Part shown: positions 24,104 through 32,977 of the stretch, piece by piece | Layout: every line of letters starts with the position of its first letter | Position numbering within the stretch: position 1 is the first letter of the stretch | Origin: Gemmatimonadales bacterium | GTDB lineage: Bacteria > Gemmatimonadota > Gemmatimonadetes > Gemmatimonadales > GWC2-71-9 | Direction of reading: 5' to 3' | NCBI GenBank assembly: GCA_035300745.1 | Contig: DATGVC010000225.1 | Location: 1-37,264, forward strand | DNA: 37,264 bases | Position numbers and translations under genes: made by a program | Notes under the pieces: model-generated | Seen by the model: only the letters and a program-made list of their open reading frames with translations | What the model was told of the DNA's origin: nothing | Database searches by the model: none

Positions 24104-27100
24104 ATGCGCCGCTCGCTGGGTGTCGCGCTCTGGTCGCTGGCGGGACTGCTCGCCTGCTTCCTCGGCGCGCTCAACGCGCTCGTCGGGACGCACGCTGGTC
24201 GCACACTGCTCGCGCGCGTGGCGAGCTCGGTGGTCGAAGGCGCGGTGTCGGGCTCGATCGAGGTCGGCGAGGTGCGCGGCTCGCTGTTCACCGGTGTCGT
24301 GCTCACCGACGTACGGCTGCTCGATCCCGATTCGACTCTGGTCGCCTTCCTGCCGCGGGCCGAGCTGGGCTACAACCCGATCGACTTCGCCGCCGGCCGC
24401 GTCGTGTTCATGGAAGTGCGGCTCGATCGACCGGTCATCAACATCGTGCAGCACGCCAACGGGAGGACGAACTTCGACGAGCTGTTGCGCCTCGGTGAAA
24501 AAGACACCGTCACGGTGAAGCCGCTCGGTCCCGCGGGACCGCGCTCACTCATTCTGCTCCGCAACGTGCAGATCCAGGACGGCTCGCTGACGCTGCGACT
24601 GCAAAAGCACGGCGAAATCAGCAGCGCCAACGAGGAAATCGAGTATTCCGGTGAAGACGGCCGCTACCGCGTCCGCCGGTTCGAGCATCTCAATGCCCGG
24701 CTGGCGGCGATGCGCATCCAGGCGCCGCGCGAAAAGGGCATCCGCATCGACGTGTTGCGGCTCGCGACCGAGAGCAGCGACCCGAAGGTGTCCATCGCCG
24801 ACGTGGTCGGCCGGGTGACGATCGACGGGCACACGCTCGACGTGGATCTGTCGCGCGTGCGCTTCCCCGCCACCCAGTTCAGCGCGCGCGGCACGGTACA
24901 ATGGCCGCGCGACACGCTGCTCTGGAACCTCGTCATGCGCGCCGACTCGGCGACGCTGACCGACATCCGGTTCCTCGATCCACGGTTTCCCGAGAACGCG
25001 GTGCTGCACGGCGGCGTGACGCTTGCCTCACATGGGGGTCGCCTGCTCGAGATCCAACTGCGGCCGCTCGACCTCACGTTTGGTCAAGGCCGGCTCACCG
25101 GACACGTCACCGCGTTCAGCGCCGCCGACTCCGGACTCGTGGCGCTGCGCCAGGGCGACCTGGTCGCGCACGATCTCTCCCTCGATTTCCCACGAGTCTA
25201 CATCGGCGCGCTGCCGTTCTACGGGCGACTGACCGGACAGACGATCGTCGACGGGCCGATGAGCGCGCTCAAGATCGAGACCGCATGGTCGTTCCGGGAT
25301 TCGCTCCTCCCGAAATGGCCGGAATCCCAGATCCACGGGAAGGGAGAAATCAATCTCGCTGGGAGAGACCTCGCGTTTCAGCCGTTCGCCGTGGAGGCGG
25401 GCCGCATCGACATCGGCACGGTGCGGCGGCTGGTGCCGGGCTTCAATCTCCAGGGCGAGCTCGATGCCACCGGCACGCTCACCGGCACGCTCAAGAATGC
25501 GATGTTCAGCGGAACGTTGCGGCATCACGACGCCGATCGGCCGGCGAGCGTCCTCCGCGGCGTCGTGGGGCTCGATGTCCGTACGGACGTGTTGGGCGTG
25601 TTCGCCGATGTGCGCGCCGATTCGCTGTCGCTCGACGGCCTGACCGGCCGCATCACCGCATTCCCGCTGCGGGGCACACTCTCTGGTACGATCCGCATGA
25701 ACGGCGACCTTACAGGCGTCGAGACGCATGCCGACCTCGCGATGCTGGGCGGTGGAGGTGCGGTGCGCGGCGATGGGACGCTGCTCCTCGGGGCGCGGGA
25801 GGTGCACCCCGGATTCGGCGCCCGCGGCTTCACGCTGCATGCTCAAGACCTCAACCTGCAGCGCTGGCTGACCCGCGCCGGCGCGCCGCCGTCACGGCTT
25901 ACGTTCACCGCCACCGGAACCGTCGCGGCGGACAGCGTCACGAAGCCCATCGGCCAGCTCTCCGTGATGCTGGCCCCGTCGTTGTTCGCCGGCACGATCA
26001 TCGACAGCGGCGCCACCAAGTTCCGGTTCGCGGAAGGGCGGCTGTATGTGGACTCGGTGCGGCTGCAGCAACCGGGGCTGTTTACGAGCGGCCGCGGATC
26101 CCTGGGATGGCAACGGCCTGACAACGGCACCCTGACAGTCGATTTCGACGCCGACAGCCTCAGCGTGCTCGATTCACTCGCGACCTGGTTCGCCGGCCCA
26201 AACGTGGCCACCGCGTCGAGCGAGACGAAACTCAAGGGCTCCGCCCGGGTGCGGCTGACGCTGGACGGCGCGCTCGACTCGCTGTCCATCGGCGGCGACG
26301 CCCGCGTCCTGGACCTGCAGTGGCGTGGATGGCGGATGCCAAAAGGCGAGGGCACGATCGCGTATCAGCCGGGGCCGGTCCCGCGCTTCGACATCGACGC
26401 GAGCATCGATTCGCTCGGTTACGGGCGATTCGGGTTCGGCGCCGCCGCCGCCCATGCGCGCGGCACGCGCGACTCGCTCACCTGGTTTGCGCGCTCGCGC
26501 GTGGGCGACCTGGGAGCGTTCCTGGCAGGCGGCCGCTACGCTCGGCCAGGCGAGCGTGGTACGCAGCACGCCGTCGTGGACTCGCTCGCCCTGCTGCTGC
26601 CGAGCGGTGTGTGGTTTCTCGAGCGCCCGACGGCGCTGGCATTCGGCGATTCCATGCTGCACGTGGATTCGGCATCGCTCAAGAATTCCGCTGGTGCGGG
26701 TCGCCTCACCGCAAGCGGCGATCTGCCGACCCGGGGTCCGATCAATGCTCGCGTCTCCCTGGACAGCTTCCCACTCACCGGCATCTACGCGCTCATGGAG
26801 AGCGACACGGTGGGCGTCGCGGGCGCCGTCACCGCCACGGTCGCGGCCGGCGGCACGCGTGCGAACCCGTCGTACAGCGGGTCGTTCGCATTCTCGAACG
26901 CGTCGTTCGGCTCGTTCCGCGCGCCGTTCATGGACGGGATCGTCGACTATGGCAGCCGCAGGCTGAACGGCGAGGTACACTTGTGGCGGTCGGGCCAGCA
27001 GGTCTTGAACGTCACGGCCCACCTTCCCCTAGACCTGGCGCTCGTTCCCGTCGCCAATCGCCAGCTGCCGGACACACTCTCCGTGCAGGCGCGCGCCGAC

Positions 27101-28504
27101 AGTGTCGATCTCGGGGTGCTGGCGGCGGTCACGACGACCGTGCAGCAGGTCGAAGGTGTGTTCACGGCCGACCTCGGCATCGGCGGCACGTGGGAGGCGC
27201 CGAGGTTGCGTGGCGGGCTCCAGATCGGCCATGCGGCCGCCACGATCCCCGCGCTGAGTGTGCGCTACACCAATCTGAACGGCAGCCTGTCGCTGCGGGG
27301 CGACACGATCCGCGTGGACAGCATCACCGCAACGAGTGAACGCGGCCACGCGGAGCTGACCGGGTTCATGCGGCTCGAGCGGCTCACCAAGCCGGTGCTC
27401 GCGCTGAACATCACGACGTCAGAGTTCAAGGCGCTGGATCTGCGCGGTTATCTCGCCCTTACCGCGAGCGGTCGCGTGGCCCTGACGGGCCCTGTGTTCG
27501 GCGCGACGCTCACGGGGCGCGGCACCGTCACGGAGGGCGTGCTGCACTTTGCCGATCTCGTCAACAAGCGCGTCGTGAACCTCGACGAACCGTGGGTGCA
27601 AGATCTCATCGACACGTCGCTGATCCGCACGCAGCGGCTCGGCCCGGAGTTCCAGAGCCTCTTCTTCGACAGCTTGCAGGTCAGAAACCTGCAGCTGACG
27701 ATGGGCGAGGATGTGTGGCTGCGGTCGAACGAAGCGAACATCCAGCTGTCGGGCTCGGTCGCGGTCAACAAGGTTCGCAACAACTACATCCTGAGCGGCA
27801 CGCTGCAGGCACCGCGCGGCACGTACCGGCTGATCATCGGGCCGGTGACGCGCGAGTTCGTCGTCAGGCGTGGGACGGTGCAGTACTTCGGCACGCCCGA
27901 TCTCGATGCGGCGCTCGATATCGAAGCGAGCCACGTGGTGCATCCGTTACCGGGGCCGGGGCAGCCGCCGGAGATCACGGTGCTCGCCCACATCGGTGGC
28001 ACACTGCGGTTGCCGCGGCTGCGGCTCGAGGCGGAGCACGCCGATTACTCGCAGGCCGAGCTGCTCTCGTATCTGATCAGCGGCAAGCCGTCCTTCGAGC
28101 TGAGCGGCGGGCAGGGCGCCTATGTCCGCGGCGTCGCGGCGTCGCTGCTTGCGGGTGAGCTGGAGCGCACGGTGGTGTCGGATCTGGGCGTGCCGCTCGA
28201 CTACTTCGAGATTCGCCCCGGTGATCCGAACAACCCGTTCTCCGGCGCGCAGCTCGCGGCGGGATGGGCGATCGGGGCCAAGACGTTCCTCGTGCTCAAC
28301 GCGGGCTTCTGCCAGGGCAACCGCCAAACGTCGCGGTTCACGAACAGCCTCGGCGCCACGCTGCAGTTCCGGTTCAGTCCGGAGTGGCGCACCGAGGCGA
28401 GCTTTGAGCCGGTGCGCAACTGCGCCGTCGGCGACCTTTACGTCAATACGACGACCATCCCGCGCCAGGTCGGCTTCGACGTCTTCTGGGAGCGGCGCTA
28501 CTAG
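24104..28504 (+). CDS. tamB: Translocation and assembly module protein TamB (AsmA-like, DUF490 C-terminus)
   Basis: 1466 aa with an N-terminal anchor helix, LGVALWSLAGLLACFLGAL. The body is long and beta-rich. The C-terminus (LSYLISGKPSFELS...GAKTFLVLNAG...LQFRFSPEW) resembles the TamB DUF490 domain. The ATG abuts the upstream stop (TAGATG). Confidence 0.85.
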   Translation: MRRSLGVALWSLAGLLACFLGALNALVGTHAGRTLLARVASSVVEGAVSGSIEVGEVRGSLFTGVVLTDVRLLDPDSTLVAFLPRAELGYNPIDFAAGRVVFMEVRLDRPVINIVQHANGRTNFDELLRLGEKDTVTVKPLGPAGPRSLILLRNVQIQDGSLTLRLQKHGEISSANEEIEYSGEDGRYRVRRFEHLNARLAAMRIQAPREKGIRIDVLRLATESSDPKVSIADVVGRVTIDGHTLDVDLSRVRFPATQFSARGTVQWPRDTLLWNLVMRADSATLTDIRFLDPRFPENAVLHGGVTLASHGGRLLEIQLRPLDLTFGQGRLTGHVTAFSAADSGLVALRQGDLVAHDLSLDFPRVYIGALPFYGRLTGQTIVDGPMSALKIETAWSFRDSLLPKWPESQIHGKGEINLAGRDLAFQPFAVEAGRIDIGTVRRLVPGFNLQGELDATGTLTGTLKNAMFSGTLRHHDADRPASVLRGVVGLDVRTDVLGVFADVRADSLSLDGLTGRITAFPLRGTLSGTIRMNGDLTGVETHADLAMLGGGGAVRGDGTLLLGAREVHPGFGARGFTLHAQDLNLQRWLTRAGAPPSRLTFTATGTVAADSVTKPIGQLSVMLAPSLFAGTIIDSGATKFRFAEGRLYVDSVRLQQPGLFTSGRGSLGWQRPDNGTLTVDFDADSLSVLDSLATWFAGPNVATASSETKLKGSARVRLTLDGALDSLSIGGDARVLDLQWRGWRMPKGEGTIAYQPGPVPRFDIDASIDSLGYGRFGFGAAAAHARGTRDSLTWFARSRVGDLGAFLAGGRYARPGERGTQHAVVDSLALLLPSGVWFLERPTALAFGDSMLHVDSASLKNSAGAGRLTASGDLPTRGPINARVSLDSFPLTGIYALMESDTVGVAGAVTATVAAGGTRANPSYSGSFAFSNASFGSFRAPFMDGIVDYGSRRLNGEVHLWRSGQQVLNVTAHLPLDLALVPVANRQLPDTLSVQARADSVDLGVLAAVTTTVQQVEGVFTADLGIGGTWEAPRLRGGLQIGHAAATIPALSVRYTNLNGSLSLRGDTIRVDSITATSERGHAELTGFMRLERLTKPVLALNITTSEFKALDLRGYLALTASGRVALTGPVFGATLTGRGTVTEGVLHFADLVNKRVVNLDEPWVQDLIDTSLIRTQRLGPEFQSLFFDSLQVRNLQLTMGEDVWLRSNEANIQLSGSVAVNKVRNNYILSGTLQAPRGTYRLIIGPVTREFVVRRGTVQYFGTPDLDAALDIEASHVVHPLPGPGQPPEITVLAHIGGTLRLPRLRLEAEHADYSQAELLSYLISGKPSFELSGGQGAYVRGVAASLLAGELERTVVSDLGVPLDYFEIRPGDPNNPFSGAQLAAGWAIGAKTFLVLNAGFCQGNRQTSRFTNSLGATLQFRFSPEWRTEASFEPVRNCAVGDLYVNTTTIPRQVGFDVFWERRY

Positions 28505-29431
28505 ATGACGCGCGCGCTGCTGATCACCAATCCCTTCGCGGCGCGCGCCGACGCCCGGGCCGTCACGGCGATCCTTCAGATCCTGGGTCGTGGTGGCTGG
28601 AACGTGGATCTCCGAACCATCACCGGTCCCGGCGACGCCCGCCGCATCGCCGAGGAGTCGCTCAGCGAAGGACTCGACATCCTGGTGAGCCATGGCGGCG
28701 ACGGGACTGCGATGCAGATCGCGGCCGGGATCGCGGGGTCGGGAATCGCGCTGGGCGTCGTGCCCGGCGGCACGGGGAACGTGCTCGCGGGCAACCTGCG
28801 GCTCCCGCGCTCGACGACCGGGGCGGCGCGGGCGTTGCTGAAGGCCCGCGCGCAAGCGATCGATCTCGGCGTCGTGCAGCGTTCGGACGGCGCGCACTAT
28901 TTCGCCGTCGCCGCGGGAACGGGATTCGACGCCGCATTAATGGCCGCGACCGGCCGACAGGAGAAGCGCCGGTGGAAGCTCGCTGCTTACCTGGCGCGGG
29001 CGGCTCTCACGCTGCCCTCGGTGCGCAGTGCCCCGCATCGGGTCACCGTGGACGGCACCCTGCACGAAATCCGCGCGGCCATGCTCCTGGTGCTGAACTG
29101 CGGCAAGCTGCCGCCGGGGTTTCTCAATCTGCGCCACAATCTCGCCCCCGATGACGGCTGGCTTGATGTCGTCGCGCTCGAAGCGGACGGTGCGTTTCAG
29201 GGCGCGAGCGCGGTGATCGAGCTGCTGCTCGGAAACGGCAAGAGCGAGGGGAAAGGACGGCGTGTCTGGTGGGCCCGTGGACGCTCGGTACGCGTCGAGG
29301 TGCCTGATGATGCGCCGCGGCCGGTGCAGCTCGACGGTGAGCTGACGGGCGAGACGCCGTTTGAAGCGCGGCTGCTGCCGGGGGCGCTCACAGTGTTGGT
29401 CGGACCCGCATTCAAGGCTCATCATGGCTGA
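28505..29431 (+). CDS. Diacylglycerol-kinase-fold lipid kinase (YegS/BmrU/Rv2252 family)
   Basis: ALLITNPFAA...DILVSHGGDGTAMQIA...LGVVPGGTGNVLA is the DAGK catalytic-domain signature (GGDGT). The ATG abuts the tamB stop (TAGATG). Confidence 0.85.
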   Translation: MTRALLITNPFAARADARAVTAILQILGRGGWNVDLRTITGPGDARRIAEESLSEGLDILVSHGGDGTAMQIAAGIAGSGIALGVVPGGTGNVLAGNLRLPRSTTGAARALLKARAQAIDLGVVQRSDGAHYFAVAAGTGFDAALMAATGRQEKRRWKLAAYLARAALTLPSVRSAPHRVTVDGTLHEIRAAMLLVLNCGKLPPGFLNLRHNLAPDDGWLDVVALEADGAFQGASAVIELLLGNGKSEGKGRRVWWARGRSVRVEVPDDAPRPVQLDGELTGETPFEARLLPGALTVLVGPAFKAHHG

Positions 29432-30767
29432 TACGCTGCTGCTTGTGGACGATGACGCGAGCGTGCTGCGCGCCATCGGCGACTACTTCGAGCGCATCGG
29501 CTACGAGGTCTGGCGCGACGGCACCGGCGAGCAGGCGTTGGAGACGTTCCACCGCGTGCGTCCCGACGTCGTGCTCCTCGACCTACATCTCCCCGACTCG
29601 AGCGGGCTTGTCGTGCTCGAGCGGCTGCGGCGGGAAGGTGCGGCGGTGATTCTGCTGACGGGCCAGGGCGACATCGAGACTGCCGTGAAAGCGATGCAGC
29701 TCGGCGCCGAAAACTTTCTCACCAAACCCGTCGACATGACGCATCTGGCGGCCGCGATCGCGCGCGTCGCCGAGAAGGTGCGGCTGTCGCGGCAAAACGC
29801 CCGGCTCAGGGCGCTCGATCACGAAGCCGAGGGCATCGGCTCGCTGGGCGTCTCGCCCGCGATGCAGGCGCTGGCGCGCCAGATCGAGCTGCTGTCGGCG
29901 AGCGAGCGGTCGACCGTTTTGTTGCAGGGCGAGAGCGGGACGGGGAAGGGGTGGGTCGCACGCGTGATTCACAATCTCTCGCCCCGCTCCAGCGGGCCCT
30001 TCGTCGAGGTCAACTGCGCCGGCCTGTCCGCGACGTTCCTCGATTCTGAATTGTTCGGACACGAGAAGGGCGCGTATACCGACGCGAAAGAACGGAAGGT
30101 GGGCCTGTTCGAGCTGGCCGATCACGGCACGATCTTCCTGGACGAGATCGGCGAGCTGTCGCCGGAGCTCCAGCCGAAGCTGCTCAAGGTCCTGGAGACG
30201 AAGAAATTTCGCCGGCTGGGCGGCACCCGCGAGCTGAGTGTGGATGTGCGTCTGATTGCGGCGACGAACCGCGATCTCGTGCGGGAAGTCGAGGGGGGGC
30301 GGTTCCGCGAAGATCTGTATTACCGGCTGAACGTCATGCCGCTCATGCTCCCGCCGGTGCGCGACCGCTCGCGGGAGGATCGGCTCGACCTGATCAGGCG
30401 CATCATCTCCGACTTGAAGACGCAGCTGCCGGGGTGTCCGAGCGAATGCACCACGGACGTGCTGGATCGGTTGTTATCGGCCGCGTGGCCGGGGAACGTG
30501 CGCGAGATGCGCAACGTGCTCGAGCGATCGATGATTCTGGGACGCGGCCAGGCGACGATCGGGATCGAGCAGCTGCCGCCCGATCTACGGCAGCGCGCCA
30601 CGACCGACCGGCGTTACCTGGCGCAGTCGCTGTCGGAGGTGGAGCGGCACCACATCGAGCGCACGCTGCGGCATCACGGCGGGAACCGCACGCGGGCCGC
30701 GCTCGAGCTGGGGATTTCGCGCGCCACCCTGATCAACAAGATCAAGGCCTACAGCCTGAACCTCTAA
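29424..30767 (+). CDS. NtrC-family response regulator (REC, sigma-54-interaction AAA+ and Fis-type HTH domains)
   Basis: REC: LLLVDDDASV...VVLLDLHLPDSSG...K in FLTKP. AAA+: Walker A GESGTGKG, Walker B IFLDEIGEL, RLIAATNRDL and FREDLYYRLNV. HTH: GGNRTRAALELGISRATLINKIK. The L1 loop reads GAYTDA, not GAFTGA. The internal ATG at 29424 overlaps the kinase stop (ATGGCTGA). Confidence 0.88.
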   Translation: MADTLLLVDDDASVLRAIGDYFERIGYEVWRDGTGEQALETFHRVRPDVVLLDLHLPDSSGLVVLERLRREGAAVILLTGQGDIETAVKAMQLGAENFLTKPVDMTHLAAAIARVAEKVRLSRQNARLRALDHEAEGIGSLGVSPAMQALARQIELLSASERSTVLLQGESGTGKGWVARVIHNLSPRSSGPFVEVNCAGLSATFLDSELFGHEKGAYTDAKERKVGLFELADHGTIFLDEIGELSPELQPKLLKVLETKKFRRLGGTRELSVDVRLIAATNRDLVREVEGGRFREDLYYRLNVMPLMLPPVRDRSREDRLDLIRRIISDLKTQLPGCPSECTTDVLDRLLSAAWPGNVREMRNVLERSMILGRGQATIGIEQLPPDLRQRATTDRRYLAQSLSEVERHHIERTLRHHGGNRTRAALELGISRATLINKIKAYSLNL

Positions 30768-31177
30768 GCCACAAGGATCGCGATTGCCGACAGGATCGCG
30801 ATCACTCCAAATCCCACTCCCGGGCGCGGCCCGAAGTATTTGAATCCGAGCAGCGACGTCAGCGCCATGCTCGCAACGACCGCCCAGGCGACCGGCAGCA
30901 CGGCGTGAATTTGGGTCGCGTCGAGGCCTCCCAGCACCCATAGCACGACGATCGGGACGAGTAAAGCCGCGCTCACGCACAGTCCATTCCCGAGCCAGAA
31001 GGCGAACCACGTCGTATGTGCGCCTTGCCATTTGAAGTGCACAGACTTCATGTCCGCAAAGACGCGATCGGCCTCAGGTCCAGCCGTCGGGCCGCGGCGC
31101 GCGGTTCCCAGCATCCCCCCGAACGTGTGGCCGAGTGTCGCCAAGAGCAGAAGCGCGGCGCTGATGCGATACAGCAT
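30764..31177 (-). CDS. Hypothetical integral membrane protein (137 aa, about 4 TM helices)
   Basis: Four hydrophobic segments (ISAALLLLATLG, WFAFWLGNGLCVSAALLVPIVVLWVLG, VLPVAWAVVASMALTSLLG, VGFGVIAILSAIAILVA). I recognise no family. Confidence 0.6.
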   Translation of the reverse strand: MLYRISAALLLLATLGHTFGGMLGTARRGPTAGPEADRVFADMKSVHFKWQGAHTTWFAFWLGNGLCVSAALLVPIVVLWVLGGLDATQIHAVLPVAWAVVASMALTSLLGFKYFGPRPGVGFGVIAILSAIAILVA

Positions 31178-31211
31178 CGATCGCTCCTTGAAGAAGCGCT
31201 ATCTTGAAGTC

Positions 31212-31394
31212 ATGGAGAAACCGAAACTCAAAGAACACGATGGCATGCAGTGCCGGTCCTGCGGGAATGAAGAGCGGGCGTCCGAAGGCTATCCCTGCGC
31301 GGACTGCGGCACCTTCATCTGTCTGATCTGTACGTTCCGCGGCGTCACGCGCTGCAAGGCGTGCGAGGCAAAAGCCAAAGCCGCGAAAGCCTAG
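31212..31394 (+). CDS. Small (60 aa) eight-cysteine zinc-finger protein (four CxxC pairs)
   Basis: Internal ATG at 31212 (MEKPKLKEHDGMQCRSCG...). The upstream part of the track ORF is antisense to the membrane-protein gene. The Cys spacing is C-x2-C-x11-C-x2-C-x4-C-x2-C-x7-C-x2-C, and the tail KAKAAKA is basic. Third-codon positions are mostly G/C, which fits real coding. Confidence 0.6.
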   Translation: MEKPKLKEHDGMQCRSCGNEERASEGYPCADCGTFICLICTFRGVTRCKACEAKAKAAKA

Positions 31395-32023
31395 GCCCCC
31401 GCTCTCCGGCGCTTCAATTCCAGCGCGAGCTCTTCGCGCGGCGCGCCGAGCTCCTTCGCCAGCTTGCTCAGCGCCGCTTCGGTGCCCTCCCAGTCGCGAG
31501 CCGCCGCCAACGCGTCGAGTGCTACTTCTTCGATGGCCACTGACCGCTCTTCGAGTTCGCGCGTCCGCACCGCGACCTCGCGCGCCAGCCACTGTTCCAG
31601 CTCGCGCCGGTCCACTTCCAGCTGGCGCTGCCGCAATGCATGCTGCAACGACAACTCCAGCTCCTCGAGATCGACGGGCTTGATGAGATAGTCGTACGCG
31701 CCGAGCTTGAGGCACTCGATCGCGGTGCGCGGCTCGTCGATCGCCGTGAGCATGAGGACCGCGAGATCGGGGTCCTGGGCGAGCACTTTCGGGAGCAGCT
31801 CCACGCCGCTGGTTTCCGGCATCCGGATGTCGCACAGCATCGCGTGCGGATGGTGCGCCGGGAGCAGCTGCAGCGCCTCTTTCGCGTTCGACGCCGCTTG
31901 CACGTCATAGCCCAGGCGAGTCAAAAACCGAGTCAGCGCCTGCCGGATGCCGTCTTCATCGTCCACCACCAGCACGCTCGTGCGATCCCCGGCAGCGGGG
32001 GGGGGCACTTTGGGAGATGTCAT
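31391..32023 (-). CDS. Response regulator: REC domain plus C-terminal coiled-coil, no recognisable output domain
   Basis: REC: VLVVDDEDGIRQAL...AMLCDIRMPETSG...VLMLTA...YDYLIKP. The C-terminal ~90 aa are heptad-like and charged (RQRQLEVDRRELEQWLAREVAVRTRELEERS...). ATG at 32023 is preferred; the track start is TTG 32032. Confidence 0.8.
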   Translation of the reverse strand: MTSPKVPPPAAGDRTSVLVVDDEDGIRQALTRFLTRLGYDVQAASNAKEALQLLPAHHPHAMLCDIRMPETSGVELLPKVLAQDPDLAVLMLTAIDEPRTAIECLKLGAYDYLIKPVDLEELELSLQHALRQRQLEVDRRELEQWLAREVAVRTRELEERSVAIEEVALDALAAARDWEGTEAALSKLAKELGAPREELALELKRRRAGA

Positions 32024-32059
32024 GGCCGTCAACGTTGCCGACGTTATCTTGGCGCGTCA

Positions 32060-32977
32060 ATGAGCACATCACGCACGAATCTCGCGGCGGTCCCCGGCAT
32101 TACCGTCGGGCATACAACCATCGAAGCGCACGGCACCGGCTGCACCGTGGTGCTCGCGCCGGAAACAGGGATGCGGGCCGCGGTCTGCGTGCGCGGCCGC
32201 GCTACCGGAACGCGCGAGCTCGACGTGATGGATCCGCGCCACCTCGTCGAGCGCATCGACGCGATTCTCTTGACCGGCGGCTCCGCGTTGGGGCTCGGCG
32301 TTGCGGACGGCGTGATGCGCTGGCTGCGCGAGCGTGGGCGCGGCCTTCCGGTGGGCGACATGGGTACGATCCCCATCGTTCCATCCGCGGTGATCTTCGA
32401 CCTCGGCAATTCCGGAAAGCCTCTCGGCTGGCCCAGTCCCGATGACGCCTACCGCGCCTGTACCAACGCGACCGCCGACTACGCCGAGGGATTGGTGGGC
32501 GTGGGGCGCGGCGCCACATGCGGGAAAGCGGCGGGAATCGAGAAGATGGTCCCGGCGGGGATTGGGTCTTGGGCGGCCAAGTTTGGTGACGTGATTGTAT
32601 CGGCGCTGGTGGTCGTGAATGCCGTCGGAGATGTGAGAAACGCGCGTGGGGAGATAATTGCCGGCACCGTCGACAGCCTGCAGTACCTGGCCGCCGGTGG
32701 CGCGCCGCTCGGCGACCCGGAACGCCTGAATCGCAACACGACCCTCGCGGTAATCGCCACGAATGCGGACCTGGACCGCGTGCGGCTACAGGCGCTCGCG
32801 CAGTCAGGCAGCGATGCGCTCGCGCGGCGCATCACGCCGTACGGCACGTTGTTCGATGGCGACGTGATCTTCGCGGTCAGCACCGCCACCACAAAGCCGA
32901 AGTCCCCGATGCAGGTCGACGCGATTGCCGCCCTCGTCGTGCCCGAGGCGGTCGAGCGCGCGGTTCGCCATGGATAA
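32060..32977 (+). CDS. Peptidase family S58/P1 (DmpA-like aminopeptidase/D-esterase)
   Basis: The internal ATG at 32060 gives MSTSRTNLAAVPGITVGHTTIEAHGTGCTVVL. GGSALGLGVADGVMRWLRERG and the self-processing region NRNTTLAVIATNADL are typical of DmpA/BapA-like Ntn hydrolases. Confidence 0.8.
   Translation: MSTSRTNLAAVPGITVGHTTIEAHGTGCTVVLAPETGMRAAVCVRGRATGTRELDVMDPRHLVERIDAILLTGGSALGLGVADGVMRWLRERGRGLPVGDMGTIPIVPSAVIFDLGNSGKPLGWPSPDDAYRACTNATADYAEGLVGVGRGATCGKAAGIEKMVPAGIGSWAAKFGDVIVSALVVVNAVGDVRNARGEIIAGTVDSLQYLAAGGAPLGDPERLNRNTTLAVIATNADLDRVRLQALAQSGSDALARRITPYGTLFDGDVIFAVSTATTKPKSPMQVDAIAALVVPEAVERAVRHG

Noticed and set aside
27997-28013. A sigma-54-like promoter, TGGCAC-N7-TTGC
   Set aside because: The GG-to-GC spacing is 2 nt too long for the -24/-12 consensus, and the site lies deep inside tamB.
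24545-28897. Several 100-400-aa ORFs on both strands inside tamB (for example 24901..26121 +, 26320..27339 +, 25028..25846 -, 27947..28897 -)
   Set aside because: They are out-of-frame or antisense shadows of the 1466-aa tamB frame, with Arg/Pro-rich low-complexity translations.
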